Assembly: GCA_964643815.1 (NCBI GenBank)
Contig: CAZXUP010000002.1
Coordinates: 1-28,268, forward strand
Direction of reading: 5' to 3'
From: an uncultured Vampirovibrionales bacterium
Lineage (GTDB): Bacteria; Cyanobacteriota; Vampirovibrionia; Vampirovibrionales; Vampirovibrionaceae
DNA: 28,268 nt
In this document: positions 24,640-28,268 of the stretch, piece by piece
Layout: each line of letters begins with the position of its first letter
Position numbering within the stretch: position 1 is the stretch's first letter
Made by a program: the position numbers and the translations under genes
The notes under the pieces: model-generated
Seen by the model: the letters and a program-made list of their open reading frames with translations, nothing else
Database searches by the model: none
What the model was told of the DNA's origin: nothing

Positions 24640-25752
24640 GTGCAGACGATTTCCAAAACAATTCACCCCAGGGAGTACGATGACGTAAAAACCGTGGTGG
24701 AAAACGTGCAGAAGGGGAACCTGCAACACGCCAAAGCGCTGTTACAACAATTAAACGCCACCGCATCCAATCGGGATTCCGCCGCCGCCATCCAGCAGGC
24801 CTTTTTTGTAAACGCGCTTGCCAAAAGGGTTTCGGAACCTTCCGTTGAAAGCCAGAACCTCTATTTGCAAGGCGATGAGGGGCAGCAAATCAAAATGTTC
24901 AATTTCATGGCCGAAAAGTTTCCGGTTGTGAAAGCCGCACAGGAAATCGCCAACCAGGTTCTGGTTTCCCAACTCAAACAAAACCACCCCAATCAAAGCC
25001 TGACGATTTTGGACATTGGCATCGGCACCGGCCAGCAAATGATCAGTCTGCTCGAAACCATTCATCGGGAAACCGATTTTGCACGACCGATTACCATTAT
25101 TGGCATTGAACCTGCCGCAGACAGCCTGGAATTGGCCGAGAAGCGCATTAGCGGATTGAATGCGCAAGCACCGGCGCCCATCACCTTTAAAGGCATCCAC
25201 AAAACCTTTGAAGCCGTGGATGAAAACGACTGGGCCACAATCCGGCAAACCGTCGAAGAAACAGGCAGCCGGATTTACATCAACGCCTCGTTCGCCTTGC
25301 ATCATATTCAACCCGTCAGCTTGCGCGAAACATTGTTCTCCCGTCTTAAAAGCTTTAATCCGCTGGCGTTTACGCTCATCGAACCCTATGCGGATTATAT
25401 CAACCCGGATTTGCAAACCCGCTTCAACAATGCCTGGCACCATTACGGATTAACCTTTAAGGCCATTGATTCGATTGATGCGCCGACGGAAGATAAAAAT
25501 GCCGTCAAGAGAATTTTCTTTGGCCGGGAAATCCAGGATGTGCTGGCCCACGATCAGCTTCGGGTTGAGCAGTTTGAAACCGCCGAGATGTGGCTTGAAA
25601 AACTGCAAAAAGCCGGTTTTACCCCTATCGATCTGAACGCCGGAACAACCACCCAAAACGCGTATCCGCTCATCAGCATCAGCCAACGCTCCCATTATCT
25701 GGGCCTGGATGTTGAAGGCTATCCGATTGTGGCGGTGCTGTCGGTTCAGTAG
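24640..25752 (+). CDS. Bacterial GRAS-domain protein (Rossmann-fold SAM methyltransferase-like); GTG start at 24640 preferred over ATG at 24619
   Basis: P-x-x-K-x-A-x-x-x-ANQ (PVVKAAQEIANQ), VHIID-equivalent LTILDIGIGTGQQ, ITIIGIE, INASFALHHI, PFYRE-like PLAFTLIEPYAD...RFNNAWHHYGLTFKAID, SAW-like RVEQFETAEMWLEKLQKAGF. GAGGAGG Shine-Dalgarno lies ~7 nt before the GTG. Confidence 0.88.
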   Translation: MQTISKTIHPREYDDVKTVVENVQKGNLQHAKALLQQLNATASNRDSAAAIQQAFFVNALAKRVSEPSVESQNLYLQGDEGQQIKMFNFMAEKFPVVKAAQEIANQVLVSQLKQNHPNQSLTILDIGIGTGQQMISLLETIHRETDFARPITIIGIEPAADSLELAEKRISGLNAQAPAPITFKGIHKTFEAVDENDWATIRQTVEETGSRIYINASFALHHIQPVSLRETLFSRLKSFNPLAFTLIEPYADYINPDLQTRFNNAWHHYGLTFKAIDSIDAPTEDKNAVKRIFFGREIQDVLAHDQLRVEQFETAEMWLEKLQKAGFTPIDLNAGTTTQNAYPLISISQRSHYLGLDVEGYPIVAVLSVQ

Positions 25753-27264
25753 TCAGAAAGGCATATTTGCGCAGGCCCGTTTCCAATCCGCGCGATAGGC
25801 TGCGGGCAGTTTGCCAAACCATCGCAAAAACGCGCCCGGTGCAATCAATTCGTAGACGGCATCCAGCGGCTTAACCTCTGTCACACTCACACGCTTTTGC
25901 ACATGCCATGGCCGAAGCGCGTTGGGATGCTCCAACCCGGCAATGGCCAGCAGTTCGTAAAACTCCTGCGTGGTAATGGCATGATAGTGATAGGCTTTTT
26001 GGGCGGTTCCATCAATATCCAGCAGATTGGCATAATGGCTGTCCTGCGTCGCAATGCCTTTCAGGCAGGTTCCTTTATAGCATTCCAGTTGCTGATCGCA
26101 TCCGATTGACAGCAACATTCCCCGCGCCGTCGAACACACATCCGCGCCTCTGGCCAGCTTGGAGATCATGTCTTTTTCCGTAAACACACGACCGGACACG
26201 ATAATCTTGATGGCATCCCGCAAGTTGCAACCCACCAATGCGTTGTGCACAAAGACAATCGCGTCATTGAGCGGCGTGCCGGTAAAACCCGAAGCCCCTT
26301 TAGAGGCCGCCGCGGTTCCCGCCTCCATGCCGTCAATGGTAATAAAGTCCATCACAATGCCTGTTTTGAGCATGGCCTTGCAAATGGCCAGAAAATAATG
26401 ACGATGGCTGATTCCCAGTTTAATGCCGATGGGCTTGCCGTCACTCCGTTCGCGTAGCTCCCGAATAAAATCCAGCAATTCGATGGGCGTGGCAAAACAC
26501 GTGTGTCGGTCTTTCAACACGGCCTCATCCGCGTCTTGAATCCCCATCATATTGGCAATGGCAGGCAGCATGCCCTTAGCAGGCAAAATCTTACAAGGTT
26601 CTACCCCCTGGGAAAGCTTCACTTCGATCATTTTGACGTTTGGGATACGCACCTTCTTTTGAAACGCAACGGGATCGAAATCGCCGTTCTCGTCCCGACA
26701 ACCAAAATAACCGGTTCCCAACTGCCAAACCACATCACCCGCCCGGTTGGATTCCGGGTAACGTCCATCGACCAAATCCTCCAAAAAAGCACCAAAGTTG
26801 AAAGAGGGGTCTCCCATATCCACGTCCGTACCAAAATGATAGGTGCTGATGCCCGCCTCCCCCGTGTTCTGGAAAAAACCTCCCAGAAACGCGGCTTTGT
26901 TCAGCGCCAGAATCGCGTTTCTGGACAAGGGGCCAAAGCTGAGGGCCGAACAGTTTAAAACCGAAGCATTGTACGGTTGCTTACAATCCGGCCCGCCGAT
27001 ACGAACCTTGGGCAAATCTTTGGGCAGGGGCTTTTTAAAGTAGGCCGGTAACAGAGATTCGTACCCAACCGCCTCCACATCCGCTTCCGAACCAAACACC
27101 TCGGGCAACCGAAGACCGGATGCCCGCTCCCCGATCAGCCGGGCCGTGCTTTCCGGAACAGGCCCCTTCCTGCTCGTCTTGATTGGCGGAACACTATAAA
27201 AGCCGCCAGGAATCAAACTACCCAGCGTGGAGACACCTATGATCTTATTCCGCACATCTGTCAC
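25753..27264 (-). CDS. Stand-alone FMN-binding glutamate-synthase-family (Glu_synthase TIM barrel, Fe-S) protein
   Basis: LNCSALSFG, NTGEAG, VWQLGTGYFGCR, MIEVKLSQG, KPIGIKL, DFITIDGMEAGT, three-Cys cluster GCDQQLECYKGTCLKGIATQD. No glutamine amidotransferase domain. Confidence 0.88.
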   Translation of the reverse strand: MTDVRNKIIGVSTLGSLIPGGFYSVPPIKTSRKGPVPESTARLIGERASGLRLPEVFGSEADVEAVGYESLLPAYFKKPLPKDLPKVRIGGPDCKQPYNASVLNCSALSFGPLSRNAILALNKAAFLGGFFQNTGEAGISTYHFGTDVDMGDPSFNFGAFLEDLVDGRYPESNRAGDVVWQLGTGYFGCRDENGDFDPVAFQKKVRIPNVKMIEVKLSQGVEPCKILPAKGMLPAIANMMGIQDADEAVLKDRHTCFATPIELLDFIRELRERSDGKPIGIKLGISHRHYFLAICKAMLKTGIVMDFITIDGMEAGTAAASKGASGFTGTPLNDAIVFVHNALVGCNLRDAIKIIVSGRVFTEKDMISKLARGADVCSTARGMLLSIGCDQQLECYKGTCLKGIATQDSHYANLLDIDGTAQKAYHYHAITTQEFYELLAIAGLEHPNALRPWHVQKRVSVTEVKPLDAVYELIAPGAFLRWFGKLPAAYRADWKRACANMPF

Positions 27265-27320
27265 TATACGCGTCTCATCTCTCCATCTTTATCAGGATGA
27301 GGCAGAATGCGAAACACAGC

Positions 27321-27340
27321 AATAGGACTTTAGTCCTATT
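27321..27340. promoter_or_regulatory. Perfect 8-4-8 inverted repeat between the kinase and the FMN enzyme genes (operator or terminator)
   Basis: AATAGGAC-TTTA-GTCCTATT, adjacent to a T run on the + strand, 57 nt upstream of the glutamate-synthase-like start codon. Confidence 0.5.
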
Positions 27341-27342
27341 TT

Positions 27343-28268
27343 TTATATAGACAATTCGAACTCCGGCTTGAAGGGAACTTGCCGTACCGTACTCCAATCC
27401 AGCGGGATCGAAATGGTAAATATGCTTCCTGCGCCAGGAGTAGACTGGATTGAGAGCACCCCGTTGTGAAGTTCGATGATCTTCTTGGCCAGAGAAAGCC
27501 CCAGGCCTGTTCCTTTCATATAGTTCGAGTGCTCTTGCCGACCTTGTTCAAAAGGCTCCAGTATCCTGTCCAGGTCCTCCTCGGGAATCCCAATCCCCTC
27601 ATCCATCACGGCAAAGCAGTACTGTGCGCCTTTGGGATAGCAATGCAGCGTAATCAGGCTGCCCTCGGATGAAAACTTGTGCGCATTGGACAACAGGTTA
27701 CACAATGCCTGTTTCAGGCGTAGAAAGTCTCCCCGAAAGCTTCTGGGGCTATCCGGATCGATAATGACTTGCAAGGTTTGCTTTCTTTGACACAGCAACG
27801 GCTCTACCAGGGCAACCGCCTGCTCGGACAACTCGCTAATCGGAACCATGTCAAAGACCAGCTTGAATTTCCCGGCCTCTATCTTGGAAACATCCAGCAA
27901 TTCATCAATAATTTGCAACAAGTGCCGCCCGCTGGCATGAATGAGCGAAAAATACTCTCTCAGCTTGTCGTCCAAAGGCCCCAGCATGCCATCCAACGCA
28001 ATATTGGAGCCGGTAATAATCGTGTGCAATGGCGTTCTCAATTCATGCGACATGCTGGTCAGAAAATTGCTCTTTTTGCGATTGGCCGTTTCCGCCATAT
28101 TTTTGGCCGCCCGCAAGTCCTCTTCCATCTTCTTCCGCTCGGTAATATCCCGAATCAACCCCAACACCCCCTGGATATTGCCCCCCACGTCTTTATACGT
28201 GGACTTGACCGCCAGATACGTTCTTTGCCGGCCATCCACCGTCGTCAACGTGTCCTCGACCGAACTGG
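27343..28268 (-). CDS. PAS/PAC-containing sensor histidine kinase, 3' part only (start lies beyond the right edge)
   Basis: PAC end GVLGLIRDITERKKME, H-box MSHELRTPL, LDVSKIEAG, N-box NLLSNAHKF, G1 DEGIGIP, G2 GTGLGLSL. The frame stays open to 28268 (SSVEDTLTTVDG..). Confidence 0.95.
   Translation of the reverse strand, partial: SSVEDTLTTVDGRQRTYLAVKSTYKDVGGNIQGVLGLIRDITERKKMEEDLRAAKNMAETANRKKSNFLTSMSHELRTPLHTIITGSNIALDGMLGPLDDKLREYFSLIHASGRHLLQIIDELLDVSKIEAGKFKLVFDMVPISELSEQAVALVEPLLCQRKQTLQVIIDPDSPRSFRGDFLRLKQALCNLLSNAHKFSSEGSLITLHCYPKGAQYCFAVMDEGIGIPEEDLDRILEPFEQGRQEHSNYMKGTGLGLSLAKKIIELHNGVLSIQSTPGAGSIFTISIPLDWSTVRQVPFKPEFELSI

Noticed and set aside
25753-27264. Annotating this gene as gltB
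   Set aside because: At 503 aa it lacks the amidotransferase and other GltB domains, has an altered substrate loop, and has no gltD neighbour.
1686-28268. Genomic island or prophage integrated at the ssrA 3' end
   Set aside because: No integrase or phage gene follows the tmRNA, its terminator is intact, I saw no convincing duplicate of the tmRNA 3' end in the window, and there is no obvious compositional break.

Overview
Gene-dense bacterial chromosome window. The pilin family, the cyanobacterial-style Wza and the tmRNA tag suggest a Vampirovibrionia/Melainabacteria-like (non-photosynthetic cyanobacterial) genome; this is an inference, not a classification. From left to right: (i) a truncated GT-C-like membrane protein gene, a frameshifted type IV pilin-like gene and the tmRNA gene (ssrA, 1274-1685); (ii) a ~20 kb surface-polysaccharide locus (1950-21613) with a short priming phosphoglycosyltransferase, the four activities for GDP-D-glycero-alpha-D-manno-heptose (gmhA, hddC-gmhB fusion, hddA), a WecG/TagA GT, Wzc (apparently kinase-dead), Wzy, Wza, Wzx, four GT2s, two family-3 acyltransferases and a secreted GH16 glycanase; (iii) two orphan-like genes (a frameshifted peptidase-like protein with a degenerate HExxH site, and a Met/Gln/Gly/Ser-rich low-complexity protein); (iv) the most unusual part (23348-28268): a flavodoxin and a bacterial GRAS-domain protein transcribed divergently from two tandem Fur-box-like repeats, the GRAS gene abutting a stand-alone FMN-binding glutamate-synthase-like gene with an altered substrate loop, which lies downstream of a PAS histidine kinase. 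No CRISPR array, integrase, transposase, rRNA or tRNA gene was seen. All family assignments are by motif recognition; no searches were run.
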